A DNA stretch of 41,848 bases, from the NCBI GenBank assembly GCA_009602725.1, contig WELB01000019.1, forward strand, positions 845,888 through 887,735. The letters run 5' to 3'. The notes beneath the pieces were generated by a model. The model made no database searches, was not told where the DNA came from, and saw only the letters and a list, made by a program, of their open reading frames with translations. Shown piece after piece: positions 10,512 through 23,184 of this stretch. The translations under genes were made by a program, and so were the position numbers. This DNA comes from Spirogloea muscicola (Eukaryota). Within the stretch, counting starts at the first letter, position 1. Every line of letters starts with the position of its first letter.

Positions 10512-12515
10512 TTAAACATGGCTCCATGTATCCTGCCCTAAATCCTCACTGTCTCTCAAGCAGTCTCCTATGTCTCCGTTTATATATTGTACTTCTAGAC
10601 AAAGAGGCAAAAGCTCCCTAGTAAATACCCACTGGTGTTTCGAATGGTTTTGCTGGAGGTACATCACGATATAGAGATGTTAGGCTGTCAGGAACTTGAA
10701 TTTCAGTGCTACACCAGCCATTGTGGAGGTGCTAGACCACCATCAAGTGAGGACGGCGTAGTGGAGCATAAAGAGTCGCATGCTCAGGTTGTGGTGCTAG
10801 TATCCTGGCCTTCTTTGATGGTGCCCATTGCAGCTGCAAGGGGGCACTGGATAGTCCTACTTGCCTGCAGCTGGCTAGCTTAGAGAGCTGGCCAAGGTGA
10901 TCAATTTGCAACCAATATCAGATGTGATTCGAGCACTGATGACAAGTGCAACAAGCACAGAATCCTTGATCTCACTGGTTGACCTCCATGTAATACGTTT
11001 ATTTAAGGCTTAACATTCATTTTCCAAGGCTTTCAAAGTCCATTGAAGGCTCACGGATAGGTTTGCTTTTGCAAAAGCGATGACTGTTAGATCCCAGGCA
11101 ATTTTCCTACAAGTGAAAGAATGTCATGGTAGCTTGGTACTGGAAGGTGAGAAACCCTGCATAGTAGTCTTTCCGACTGCTATGAGAAGTGTAGGTGAGT
11201 TAGGCACTGTCAGCAGATACATAACCCACACCTTCTCAGATACTTCTGCAGGAGCTTCACTAAGTACATGTGTCCCTACCACATTTGTAACAAATCGTGT
11301 GTCCGGACATTCTGTTGTCTCCAGGATGGTAGAGAGGATGAGAGTGCATATTGTTCGTGCAGAATCAATTCCCTGCAATCATCTCTTTGGACGATAATCC
11401 GTGCACTGATGACCTTTCTGTCTGTAACAAGGATATGGAGATACAATTTTTGGCCATCAGCCATCACCAGAAGCAAAGTACCAGGTCCCCAATCTGAAGC
11501 AGCTTACTCTGTGTTGTGGCATAGTGCCATCAAGGCTGCTGATCAAGCTAGTAGCTCATCATCTTTTCTGACGAGCTGGAGTTTTCATCAGAGAGTAAAT
11601 TGAGCCACAAAAGCTGCAGATGAACACAGAAACATTGAACTTTGTCAAAGAATCCACGGTTGGCAATTTACAGACCAAGCTGTATTTTACCTGAACGAGA
11701 AATAGGTCCACATTTCATTTTGAAGCAGCTCTACTTGTGCATGGTATAGAGCCATCAAGGCTGTTGATCAAGTTAATGGTGATGAGCTGGCGGTCATGTA
11801 ATAGTCAGTTATTGTGGGAACAGAAGCGGCAGGGGAATACGTGAGAGAAACATAAGCATCATATCAAAGTACACACAGGTGGTAAAGCACAGTCTTGGCT
11901 GTGCCGACAACTCAATAACTCAATATCTCAATAACTCGATGACTCGGAAACTCGACAAAGAAAAAAATGAAAGTCCATCTATGTTTGACGATGATTCTGT
12001 TGCTTCTTCCCCAGAAACATTCCTGATTCCTTTCTATCATTATATTGCTTCTCTATGAAGTTTTATTTAGCACGTTGACTAGAAGTTGGAGAACAACAAC
12101 ACGACAATAACTTGTCAAGCAACAAGGCGGTAGGTCTCACTGGCAGTGGCCTTCTTAAGAGATACAAATTGAAGTGCAGGCAATGGCGCATGGTGTGAGT
12201 CACTGACAGGAGATTATATGCCAGCAAGCTGCAAATGCAGCAACTCGTACTATCAGCTCCTGAGGAGAGGCTAACTAGAGAACAAGCTGACTTGAACTTA
12301 CATATGCCAGCTGCTTGTGATTGATTATGATGGCTTCTGTGTGCTGCCCGCAGATTTGACCAGAGCAACGGACCTAGAGATTGGTCACCTACTCGCAATA
12401 GCGCTTCGGCTACAGGCCCTGCTGGGGCTCTACTGCAGAGGAATAGAGCGCATGCCACGGCGTGCTTGCAGGCGGTCACGCACGAGACTCAGGCTCGGAC
12501 GTCGGCCGCGAATGC

Positions 12516-14253
12516 TCAGAGCTGGGACCGATCAGCGAGCAACAGACCCTCCAACTCTTCCCAGTACAGCTCCTCTTCGTCATCGTCCATGTAATGGACC
12601 TGCCAATGCACTACGAGTGGTGATGCTGCAATGGCGCAAACATGCTGCTGCACCATGGCCCCCACCAGGATAAAGTTGCCGAAGCTTTGTACACTCTCAG
12701 CAGATTGTAGAAATGGAGGTTATGTTCACAACCTACATGTCACCGTTATGTCCTCTGTACACCCAGAAAGTATCAACAGCCTCACACAGTTGGCGAGCGG
12801 CCCTGTCAGCAAGTCATGGGGAGGATGCTGACCTTGTAGAGCTCGGCCTCGCTGTCGAACTCGACAACGGTGCCCTCAAAGGGCTCGTCGTCAAAGGTCT
12901 TTGACAGCCTGCTCCCTACAAGCGCCGCGCCGGGCCCTGCCGAGGCCGAGCTCGGAGGCGCCGCCGCCGCAGGCTTGCCGGCGACTCCGTGGCGCTTGGG
13001 TATTCGCGGCCCCTTCTTCTGCCTCGTCACCTTGTTTGCCGCAGCCCTGCTGCCGTCGCGGTGGACATGCTCGCCCTTCTTCTGCCTCGCCGCCTTCTTG
13101 GCCGTCGCGGCGCCGCCGTCCTGGTCGGCCAGGCCCTCAATCGACGGGCCCGATGCCATGGCCACGTACGTCCCCGCGCTCTTGCGCTTGGCCGGCCGCT
13201 CCAGCATGGTGATCGGGCCCAGCTCCTGCGCCTTTGGCCTCCGCTTCACCCTGCCGCTGGTGCGCCGAGCCGGGCCCCCTGCCGTCGCCGGCATCGCCAT
13301 CTCCGGAACCTCTGCTTCGTGGTCTCCATCACTGGCCTTGATGCCATCTCCGCGTGCCATGCCAGACGGTGGCGCCACTTGCAGCTCCGTGGGCTCCGTC
13401 TTCTGGGTGTCCCCGCCGGTGGCCATCAGCAACTCGTCCATGCCCTTGGTCCGCGGCGGCACCGCAGCCGCCTCCATGTCCTGCTCGGCCACTGCCGCCT
13501 CCGGCGTCTCCTCGCTCGCGTCTTCCCCACCAAACGGCAGAGCCGTCGTCGACAACGGCAGCGGCTCTGCGGCCTCGCCTGCCGCCTCGTCTCTGACGCT
13601 CGCCAGCATCACCTCCAGAGCCTTGGCGGTGAACGGCAAGAGGCTCGACGGCGGCGACGCCTCCTGGCCGCCGCTGTCGGCCGCCGGCGGCTCCTCGAGA
13701 GCCGCGCGCGGCCGCTCGGCCGCCGGCTCCGAGCCATCGGCCAGCCGAGCGGCCGTCGCTTGGGCGCCGTTCCCATCGCCGGGGTCTGCAGGAACCACCG
13801 CGACGAGTGTCGTCGTCGTCGTCGTCGTCCTCCGGCGCACGATCCTGGCCCTGGCGTCGACGACAGCCGCGGCGGCGGCGTCAGCCATGACCACGACTTG
13901 ACCAGACGCCGGCGAGCTAAGAGCTGCAAAAGGGGGTCCCTCACTTGACGGCCTTCCCGTCTGGCCGCGCCTCGGGGGCCCCGGCGGCTGCCGGCTCCTT
14001 CGCCAACGCCACGGCGGCGACGACGGCGGCGGCGGCTGCGGCGGCGGTGGCGGCGGGCTCTGGCTCGGCCTCCGGCACCAGCGTCGGCTCCAGCTCGTGC
14101 CATTCCAGGTCCTCCTCGTCGCCGTCCTCGTACCGCACCTGCCGCCGTCGCAGACCACGCCGCCTCAGCGCGCCGAGCGCTACGGCGCGGTCGCCGCGGT
14201 GGCGCCGGAAGCGGCGNGCCGGCGGGGCCGGGCGCCGGCGCGGCGGCGGCCAT
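12516..14253 (-). CDS. Protein with two PTM/DIR17-like Tudor domains separated by a low-complexity, basic linker
   Basis: LVGSRLSKTFDDEPFEGTVVEFDSEAELYK|VHYMDDDEEELYWEELE (intron 12600-12832) and an upstream VRYEDGDEEDLEWHELE. The first domain's N-half appears lost at the 'n' at 14217. The junction near 13920-13945 is unresolved. Confidence 0.7.
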
Positions 14254-14489
14254 GGCTGGCGGGGCGCTTCCCGGGGCGACGTTCAAATCCTCCCTCTCCT
14301 CTCCAGCCCGGCGGACAGAGGGAGTCTCTGGAGGAGTAAATCGCATCCGTGCGCGAATGGCCCGCCAAGGCACCCCCTCTCACTGCCTACTTCCCTGGTA
14401 ACTTGACAGAAGCGGGGGGGGTTTTTCTAGAGCAGTGAATCACGTCTGTGCGTGAATGGCCCGCCAAGGCACTCCTCACCCGCTGCCTG

Positions 14490-14810
14490 TTCTCCTGGTG
14501 AGCTGGCCTTTCACAGCCATCCCCCCCCTGAGAACTTTTGTTTTGACCCGTGGTTATTGAGCGGGTCAATTTGCTGTAGATTATGTAGGTCTTCAGATGT
14601 GCTTGCCTTTGTACTTGGCCTTTGGCCTTCGTTTGTTTCAAATACACGAAACTTCTCCTGAGAACTGGTGCTCCCGCTCTGTCTCGTTTGGGCGAGCCTT
14701 TCACAGCCATCGCCCCCTTTGTCAAATAATTCTTCCCATCAACCTCCCCCAAGTTGCGGCTGCTGACTCGGGGTACTAAGCTCCCATTCGCTGCTCTTAG
14801 GAGAGCCACT
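14490..14810 (+). mobile_element. Cluster of RLE retrotransposon 3' fragments
   Basis: ttttgacccgtggttattgagcgggtca...aatacacgaa (14541-14650), ggc...tcacagcc hairpins, and a RLLTRG-Y end at ~14755-14780. Confidence 0.7.
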
Positions 14811-15848
14811 TCCCATCCTCTGTACCAGTCATACCTCGATATAGGCACGTCGGCCGGTTTGGCGAGAATGTGTGACTATATCGAAGAAAGAGCTCGCCCA
14901 TTGAGGATAGGGGCTGGAACGAGGAGTGCTTGTGTCGTGTTAGAGGCACTATTGCCCCCAAATGTGCTTCTACCGTGACAATCAGCAATATATAAGATTA
15001 TATTGAAAAATGGCGAATGAGCAAAGCTCAGGTGGCAACGTGGTTGCAAGCATCATTCTCTTGGCACCACAATCGCCCACATGGGCATCCACTTCTACCA
15101 CAAAGAGACACCCGAACGCAAGCAATGGTGGCAACCACTCTCAAGGTGGCCATAAGGGCGAAGGAGGGGAAGCCGCTCGAGAAATACGGCAATCGAGATG
15201 GCAATTCACTTGTAGCGCCTCATTACCTGCCGCCGCCACCTGCGCTTGCGGCGCCTCCGCGGCAAGCAGAAGGTGTGGCAGGCCGACGCCGCAGGCGCCT
15301 GGGCCTGGGCCTGCCACCGCCATCTGCGCTTGCGGCGCCTCTGGCAGCAAGCGGCAGGCGCTCCAGGCAAGCGCCGCAGGCTCCTGACTACCTGCCACTG
15401 CTACCTTCGCTTGCGGCGCCTCTGGTGGGAGGCGCCGAAGGCCGACGCCGCAGGCAGCTGCTCGCTGCCAGCCGCGGCAAGCAGCAACCTCTAGTTGGAG
15501 GGGCCCTCCACTCACGACTTATCCTTGTGGTAAGCTACTCCTCCAACAGTCATGGCTTCGAGTTCTTGGTTGCTCGCACTTGCTGCTGTGAGGGCACGGC
15601 CTGCGCATGCCGTACACAACCACGATATTCTTGAGCACTCTCGCCTCATTGCGTTGTAAGAGTCGCCTTTGAGAGGCATACTTTGCTTGAGACAACTCTT
15701 CCTTATTGCCTTCCGAGCTTGCTTGACCTACTTATGCATCTCCCAAGGGATTCCTCCTTAAGGCTATGGCTGCACAGTGCCTCGTAGACATGCGAATCCT
15801 GATGTCAAGGGTATGCACGTTCGCGTCTTGTCATGCAGGAATGTAAAG

Positions 15849-16265
15849 ATGGCCACAGTGAGAAAGGACCATAGGGTCGATTTCACGAACCCAGATAGAA
15901 AGCGGATATGTGGATTGAAACGTGATAATCCTTCCTTTAGCCAAGATGAGATTGCTAGAGCGGCAACGAAGAACCTCAAAAAGCAAGTCAGCCGAACCAA
16001 TGTCTGTAAGATTCTTCGTGAAGCACCCAAGTGGATGAGCATGCCTGAGACAACTCTTAACCAAATGCGGCAAAACAACCCGAAGTGGCAGAATGTCGAG
16101 GAAGCCACGTTTCTATGGTTTCAAAGTGTATGTAGTATCCTCTCCTTTGTGGCTTGGTGTGTCTCTCACTACCTCGCAGGGTCGATGGATTGCACTTTTT
16201 CGGTCCACAAGCTCTTCTCATGTGTGAACGATGGAGGAACTCTGCAACAAGCAACGCTATTTTAC
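15849..16265 (+). pseudogene. pogo/Tigger (CENP-B-like) transposase, left copy: N-terminal HTH exon joined by deletion to a C-terminal fragment
   Basis: MATVRKDHRVDFTNPDRKRICGLKRDNPSFSQDEIA...VSRTNVCKILREAPKW...PKWQNVEEATFLWFQS is a CENP-B_N/Tc5 HTH pattern. GT donor at 16128; jumps to 3' sequence at 16156. Confidence 0.85.
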
Positions 16266-16975
16266 AGTAGAATAGCGTTGCTCGTTGCAGAGTTCCTCCA
16301 TCGTTCACACATGAGAAGAGCTTGTGGACCGAAAAAGTGCAATTCTTGTGCGAGGTAGTGAGAGACACACCTCAGATGGTCACTGGCTTCCTCATGAGTA
16401 ATCCTCGGTGGTGGGAGCTCGCCGGAGATTTCCTCTTCATCGATCGTCACTGGGGGCATGACTTCAGCTATGATGTCCTCATCGGTCAGTGGAGACTCCA
16501 CCTATTAAGACCGTCAATAGAAGATGTAAGAACCGTCCACAATGCACTTAGATGAACAATGCCACACACAAGACAAGACGTAGTACGAAAAATATACCCA
16601 CTTCATTTTCTCCTGGCAAATTGATGTATTCTGAAGCCGTGAGGGCGTCCGGGCCAAGCTTGAGGCTATCAATGGCTTCTTGTAACACAAGCATATTGAA
16701 TACGTCATCTTGTGATCCAGCGTTGTGGGCGTCAACAAGCGTGCTTGCCTAGACGGTCCAGTTAGGGAGGATGCCAGTTTTGCGCCAACAATTGGCAATG
16801 ACATGTGTCGGGATGTCATGCCAAATTCTCCACGTCCACATGATGGCCTACATTCAAAGTAGACATCACATTGTTTCATTGTTCATCCTGATGGTACAAG
16901 AGCAAGCTATTCATATATCAGCTTTCTATCTGGGTTCGTGAAACCGACCCTATGGTCCTTTCTCACTGTGGCCAT
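16262..16975 (-). pseudogene. pogo/Tigger transposase, right copy: first ~20 codons, deletion, then C-terminal exons
   Basis: ATG at 16975 (MATVRKDHRVGFTNPDRK), then AIMWTWRIWHDIPTHVIANCWRKTGILP (end-of-DDE_1 motif) and ESPLTDEDIIAEV...PPPRITHEEA. Confidence 0.85.
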
Positions 16976-18799
16976 CTTTACATTCCTGCATGACAAGACG
17001 CGAACGTGCATACCCTTGACATCAGGATTCGCATGTCTACGAGGCACTGTGCGGCCATAGGCCTTAAGGAGGAAGCCCTTGGGAGATGCATAAGTAGGTC
17101 AAGCAAGCTCGGAAGGCAACAAGGAAGAGTTGTCTAAAGCAAAGTATGCCTCTCAAAGGCGACTCTTACAACGCAATGAGGCGAGAGTGCTCAAGAATCT
17201 CGTGGTTGTGTACGGCATGCGCAGGCCGTGCCCTCACAGCAGCAAGTGCGAGCAACCAAGAATTCGAAGCCATGACTGTTGGAGGAGAAGCTTACCACAA
17301 GGATAAGTCGCGAGTGGAGGGCCCCTCCAACTAGAGATTGCTGCTTGCCGCGGCTGGCAGCGAGCAGCTGCCTGCGGCGTCGGCCTTCGGCGCCTCCCAC
17401 CAGAGGCGCCGCAAGCGAAGGTAGCAGTGGCAGGCAGTCAGGAGCCTGCGGCGCTTGCCTGGAGCGCCTGCCGCTTGCCGCCAGAGGCGCCGCAAGCGCA
17501 GATGGCGGTGGCAGGCCCAGGCCCAGGCGCCTGCGGCGTCGGCCTGCCACACCTTCTGCTTGCCGCGGAGGCGCCGCAAGCGCAGGTGGCTGCGGCAGGC
17601 GATCAGGCGCCTGCGGGAGCGGGACTGCCTGCCGCGCCTGCCGCTTGCTGCCGCAGGCGCCGCGGGCGCAGGTGGCGGTGGCAGCCGGCGCCGCCGCCTG
17701 AGCAGCAGGCGCAGGCGAAGGCGGTGGCGTCATAGCCTCGCCTCGCGTCGAGGCCGACGAGGAGGCAGCCTTCCGCGCGCCTTGTGCTTCCTGTGGGTCC
17801 ACGAGGCTCGCTCCGCGACGAAGACGAAGCCCGCCAACGACCGCCTGGAAGCGGCGCTAGCGGCGAGCAGCGGCCTCAAAGAGGGCCTCGTGACGCCGCG
17901 GCTTGGAGACGGGTGGGGGCCGTCTGGGAGACGGTAATGAGCCGCTCTGCGCTTGCTTTTCGAGGCAGTCAAGCCCCAAACCCTCGCGTCCGGTTCATTA
18001 CCCCCCGGCCTGTAGAGAATATGAGAGATGTGTTGCTTCGTTATCATTTAGGCACTTCTAGTGGGGGGATCTGCCCCGAAAAACTGTGCCTCTAAACAAC
18101 GGCACTCTGTGAACTCCGTCGACCGGTACGTAAACCGGTGCATTGGCAAGACACACGTGATCTTGCTCTATCCTCAACGGTTGTACTGAGTGCATCTTTG
18201 TGAGCATACAGTACTGACAAAAGACCCTTCATTGGGCGACGATCGGTCACTGGTGTCATGCGCGAGGGCGTCGGTGCGAGATGGCGTCGATAGGTCTAGA
18301 AGAAGGAAATAGCTGACTTGCTAGTCTGGTGTACACACAAGCCAAACGAGGATATTGGCTACTTTGACCAGACTGTCATGAAAAGCCATCTGCTGAGGAA
18401 CCATGCTAGACATCACAGCACCATGGACAAGTCAAGAACAGTCGAATTTTGATCTGTAGTTAGTATAAGTAGGATGGACCGTCTACTGAGTTGACTCTAT
18501 CCAGTATCCAATGCGAGCAATAGAAGAAGCGCAAACACAAGTAATGTGCAGTCCCTTGTCCACAAGCTCGTCACTTGCGCAAGGTCAGTAGATGCCAATC
18601 GATGACAGTGCTATCAGGCCTCAATGGACAGCCCTTGACTGATGCAACTTGAGAACCAGTGCTCAGTTAAGTGGAGCTTGCGACACTCAGCGCAACATTC
18701 GAGGCTGCTCACCACANGCGTACTTGAGTTCCTTGGCACCCGCCGCTAGGCGGACTGCATAGCCCGCCTCCTCGGATGAACGCTTGTCGCTGCTGGATA

Positions 18800-20100
18800 C
18801 AACGCAGTCCGTGAAAAGAGCCAGAGACTGCAGCTAGAGCACGGCCGGCTCGCAGATGCAAGGTGTGGTCCATATAGCGCTGGACTGGTACGGACAGGCG
18901 TATATGAAAGACCTGCGCTAGCGAGCCAGCGGCGTTGAAGTTAACCTGCTCGTCTCACTTAGCCTCTTTGGCACGAGCCATGGGCATTGCTTTCCAGCGG
19001 CTAGTCTTTTTGACTTTCGGCTCCTAAGTAGAGGTTACTTTGTCATTATCGTACCGGGAAAGCTTTGGGAAAGCGCTGTCTGCCCCTTCGGACCTCCTCA
19101 ACTTTTCTCGGGCCTGGCTGTTCACAGCCCCTTTGCCCCCTTTGGGAGAGCCATATTCTTCTCTTGCCCCTTCGAAGTTTGTTCATTCCTTTTTCTGGGC
19201 TGGCCCATCACAGCCATCGCCCTCTCCTGAGTCTATCTTTTTGACCATTATTTGGAGCTGGCCTCTCACAGCCATTGCCTTACTTTGGAGGAGCTATGGC
19301 TATGCAAGGCAAGGCTGTTCCTTTTTATTTCAAAACTGGCTTTTCTGACTTGCAGTTGCTAAGGAAAAGTGAGTCCTTCCAAAAGGGGCGGGGCTGTAAA
19401 TGTCCAAGCCCAGAAAGAATGAACACAATCTACAAGTGCCGGAAGGGGCCAGTAGCACACAGCTATGCAAGAGCTGTAGCGACTGCAGCGAATGGGAGCT
19501 TAGTATCCCCGAGTCAGCAGCCGCAAGTTGGAGTCACTTTGCTGCTGGAGAAGAGGCACCTCGACGAGATCCAGAAGCAGCAGCCATAGAGCGGCCTGCC
19601 CGTAAGTGCACTGCGTGAGTTTAGGACCAGTGAAAGGATATGGGGAGCTGCATGCTGAACACCTGGGCAAGCGACCCGGCGGCAATGAAGCAGGGGCAGC
19701 TCACCTTGCTGACCCTGCCGACGATCGATGGCCCCGCCATGCAAGCTGCTACTGGAGGTCCAGCCACCGACTGCCGAACGCCCCGTGCACGTCCATCGCC
19801 AGCGCCACAAATTCATCGCCGGCTGGGTGACCTTGTCCATTCCGGTGGACTGGCCTCTCACAGCCATTGCCGTATTTTGGGAAGAGGTATTTTGATCAGC
19901 AATTTACGCTCTTTTCCACTGAAAGCCTTGCCGACCGCAAGCCCTTCTTCCGACGCCGATTTGATGTGGTTACTAGACGTTACTAAGTGACCATCCTTGT
20001 GGTACTTGCTTAGTTGTGTGTTTCAGCGCTTTCCGGCCCCTTAGGACCTTGTCCGTTTAACTCGGGTTAGCTTTTCACAGCTCTCCGCCCCTCTGGATGA
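18800..20100. mobile_element. Degenerate cluster of RLE retrotransposon 3' fragments in both orientations
   Basis: Minus 18815-18920 translates RLSVPVQRYMDHTLHLRAGRALAAVSGS. Plus ~19012-19040 gives DFRLLSRGY. Minus 19385-19625 gives AVHLRAGRSMAAASGSRRGAS..LRLLTRGY* plus UTR2. Several ggctg..cagcc hairpins. Confidence 0.65.
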
Positions 20101-20778
20101 GCTTACTTTTAGATTTCGCCCATATTCACTGAGCTTCTTTTCGTTGCAAGCCCGACATGGCCTGAGATGCGGTGGCTTTGCGCTTGCCAAATAATTTCCC
20201 TTGCGTTGATTTGCCTACTCCTGCTGGCTATCATCAACTCATCTCAAGGGCTCATGCGACAGCTTGACCTTAGTACTGCCGATGTCAGCCAGAGCAGTCC
20301 AAGAGTAAGAAGCAGTGCTGCACTTCATCAAAGAGGTCGACCCCCTCATTGGCTGCAAGCCTCGGCAAAGCAGTGCTGACTACCAAACACACCTCCTACA
20401 CAGGGCCCATCACACCGACCTGCCTCGAGAGTGGCAAGGTTGCTCACGAGATCCAACAACAAGGCCCTGCTTTAATCCAGGACTTGTCCTCGGCTAACCA
20501 CCAGATCTTACCATCAAAATTGAGGCCTCACCAATGAGGCAAGAGACATGTGCCGGAAATTAATGTACAAGACTATGTCGACTATATGCCATTGTGCTCA
20601 CTAACCAAATGCTATGGCCGGCACGTGCAAGCCTCCAAGACATCACCTCCAATGGTGCGTTACACTACGGCTGAGATGTAGTCATTGTAGAGGCGGTGGT
20701 GAGCTCTAGACCTGCTGACCTGTTTTTGCTCCTAACAATCTCCACTTCTGGCTTGCAAGCACGGCAGTGGCCAGGATC

Positions 20779-23140
20779 TTAAGCGGCGACGCCATGGTGC
20801 TGGAATACTTGCTGGCCCACACCTGTCACCGGCATGCGAATGCAGGGCCGACCGCCCTGCTCCGCACGTAGAATCTCAATTGTGCGTGCCATGACGGAGA
20901 ACTCAAAGGGTAGCATAAGATGGGAGGCACGCGGCACCTCAATGGCCTCAAATGAGTGGCACTCCATCTTTGCCCACCCAAAGTTGGACTGGTTGTCAAT
21001 GTCCTCCTGGTCACCGTCGCCGGCAGCGAGGATGGGGGAGGACACGCGCACTCCCTGGGCCAGCACCGGCAGCTCGTATCCCACGATTGTGCTGATGCCT
21101 GTGCCATAGAAGGAGAAGGTGCTGACGCCTGGCGGCGTCTCAGGGCTCGTCATTCCATTGAAGAGCGGAAAGAGCTCTGCTGCGAGTGTGAGGCCAGCGT
21201 CTTGGAAGAGGTCCTGTGACAGCATACATCCAAGAGCCAATATCGTGTATCAGGGAGAGTGAGCACTTGGGTCTAGATTCGGAGTTGGTAAGCAGACCCA
21301 AGGATGACAGTAGACGCACCGGGTCGCTAATGTAGGGCATCAACAGCACGAAATTTAGGCTGGATAGGGTCATTGAGGCAAGGCAGCACTGTACTGCATC
21401 AGACCTGGAGGTCAGCAGGTGTGTAGGATCGCCCGCCAGCAACGCGGATCACGTCCTCAGCGCTCCCATACACTCGCGGCTGGGCCATGGAGAAGTATAG
21501 GGCCGGCCAGGTCTGCAGGGCCTCAGCGGCGCTGGGCACGGGCGTCAGGAAGTCGACAAACGACCATCCGGTGAACAGATACGCAACCATGCTGCCCTGG
21601 CCCGCCCAGTTGCCGGCGTACGAAATGAGCCCGGCTGCGTGAGCCCCAAAGCGAAAAGGAAAATTAGAAGTTAAAGAGGGAGAGATATGAATTGGTATCG
21701 ACAGAGGGAGACGAGGGAGGTCAGTGAGACAAAGTGAGAGGGCGCAGGAGAGAGCGAGGGGAAGGTGGAGGTGAAGACGAGGCAGAATAAGGTGAGGCGA
21801 GCTCAGCACAACAACTTTATTAGTCAAGGGAGATCAGGAGTAACAGAATCTGGATTGAGCTTCAATAGTGGAAGGGGAGTAGAAAGGACTGAGGATGCTT
21901 GGAGTCTGCGGAGGGAGGTCAGTGGCTCGTCAGTATTGGGGGATGCGCACCGACATACTGCTCGCGCCACTTTTGGCTCTGCGCTGCCAGCAGCGCCTGC
22001 GCCATGGGCCCGCCATTGGAGTGCCCCAGCAGGAACACGCGGCGCCGGCCGTTGGCCCGGTAGGCGCGCTCCACCAGCCTACGTGCAGCGCTCAGGAACG
22101 TGTGGCCGGGCGTGACGTCTACGCCCGGCACCGTGCGCCAGTCGTAGCACGCCACAAACATGGACCGCCCTGCGCACGGAGGACCAAGCAAACACCGGCA
22201 GAGCGGCCACGACGTTTGTTAAGAATGTGGGGGAAGGGGGCTGCTGCTGATGCAGGGGCAGGAGCAGCGCGCCGGCGGAGGTCGGCAATGTCACCTGCGG
22301 AGTAGCCAGCGGCCATGAGGCGGAGGTAGAGCGGGAAGTAGATGGGCGCGCACGTGGGGTCGCCAAAGTCGGCCAGCGAGACGGTGACCCCCGGCTGGCT
22401 CCGGAAGCGCCGGCCGAGCTCCGGCTCGCTGCCATTGTAGGCCACCGCAAGTGCCTGCAGGACGGCAAGTGAGTGCCGACGGCCGCTTTAGAGCTGAGAG
22501 GACGGATGAAGCGGGGCTGATGGAGGAGCAAGGAGGGAGGGAGCGAGGTCGGGACCTCGATCATGCAGGCCTCGGAGATGGCAAAGTGCGGGGTGTGGCC
22601 CGCGTGGAACTCGAACTCAGCGTCGCTCGGGCACGCTTCCGAGAAGCCCTGGTTTCGCATGACCACCTGCATGCAACGGGCAGTCAGGCGCCATGAGACC
22701 GATGCAGCCAGCATGGAGCACCGGGGCGCCAAGGCCGGCGGGCCAGGCGCAGCTGATAGACGTCCACAGTTGCGCGTGCCCAACACCGGAGCCGGAGGAG
22801 AAGTGGTGGTTGAGGGCAGCGCTGCGATGCCCTTGGATGGAGCGAGCAGTAGGAAGCGGGCAAGCGAAGGTGTGCGAGCCCTGAGCTGGGCTTCAGGGGG
22901 CGCATCGTTGCCAACGACAGCTGGGGCTGTGCCTGGAGGCGGGAGGTGCTGTAGCCGGGGAAGAAGACGACGGGGTGGCGGACGTGGCGCGGCCAGGGGA
23001 AGCCCGGGCCGCCGCCGCCGTCGGAGGAGCCCGGGAGGGCGAGGCGGGCGAGGGCGAGGAGCGCGAGGGCCAGCGGGGGCAGCGGGACGAGGAGCGCGGC
23101 GGCGGCGTAGAAGGGCCCGCGCAGGGCGCAGCGCGGGAGG
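20779..23140 (-). CDS. LCAT / phospholipase A2 group XV family acyltransferase (start codon unresolved at a poly-T run)
   Basis: Hydrophobic N-terminal segment, RHPVVFFPGYSTSRLQ, CYDWR, VFLLGHSNGG (nucleophile elbow), PPGVSTFSFYGTG, GDGDQ, SHLML; multi-exon; stop at 20779. Confidence 0.85.

Positions 23141-23184
<44 letters not shown>

Larger units (their letters stand above)
15215..17610. repeat. Large fold-back: ~695-bp outer inverted repeat (15215-15909 / 16915-17610) plus inner palindrome 16156-16371 centred on 16266
   Basis: Direct reverse-complement comparison; ORF-track peptides 15017+/17191- and 15246+/17331- are near-identical. Confidence 0.95.

Noticed and set aside
10900..12060. 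Possible extra minus-strand gene with an intron-like segment (~11615-11690), a short direct repeat (~11525/11750) and an aactcaat tandem (11909-11957)
   Set aside because: No coherent reading frame or recognisable motif; may be UTR or decayed repeat.
12870..13948. Long plus-strand ORFs (343 and 319 aa)
   Set aside because: Antisense shadows of the GC-rich Tudor-protein exon.
17191..17802. 203-aa ORF and its mirror at 15017-15634 as a second transposon gene
   Set aside because: Built from GC-rich tandem modules that are open in several frames; no domain recognisable.
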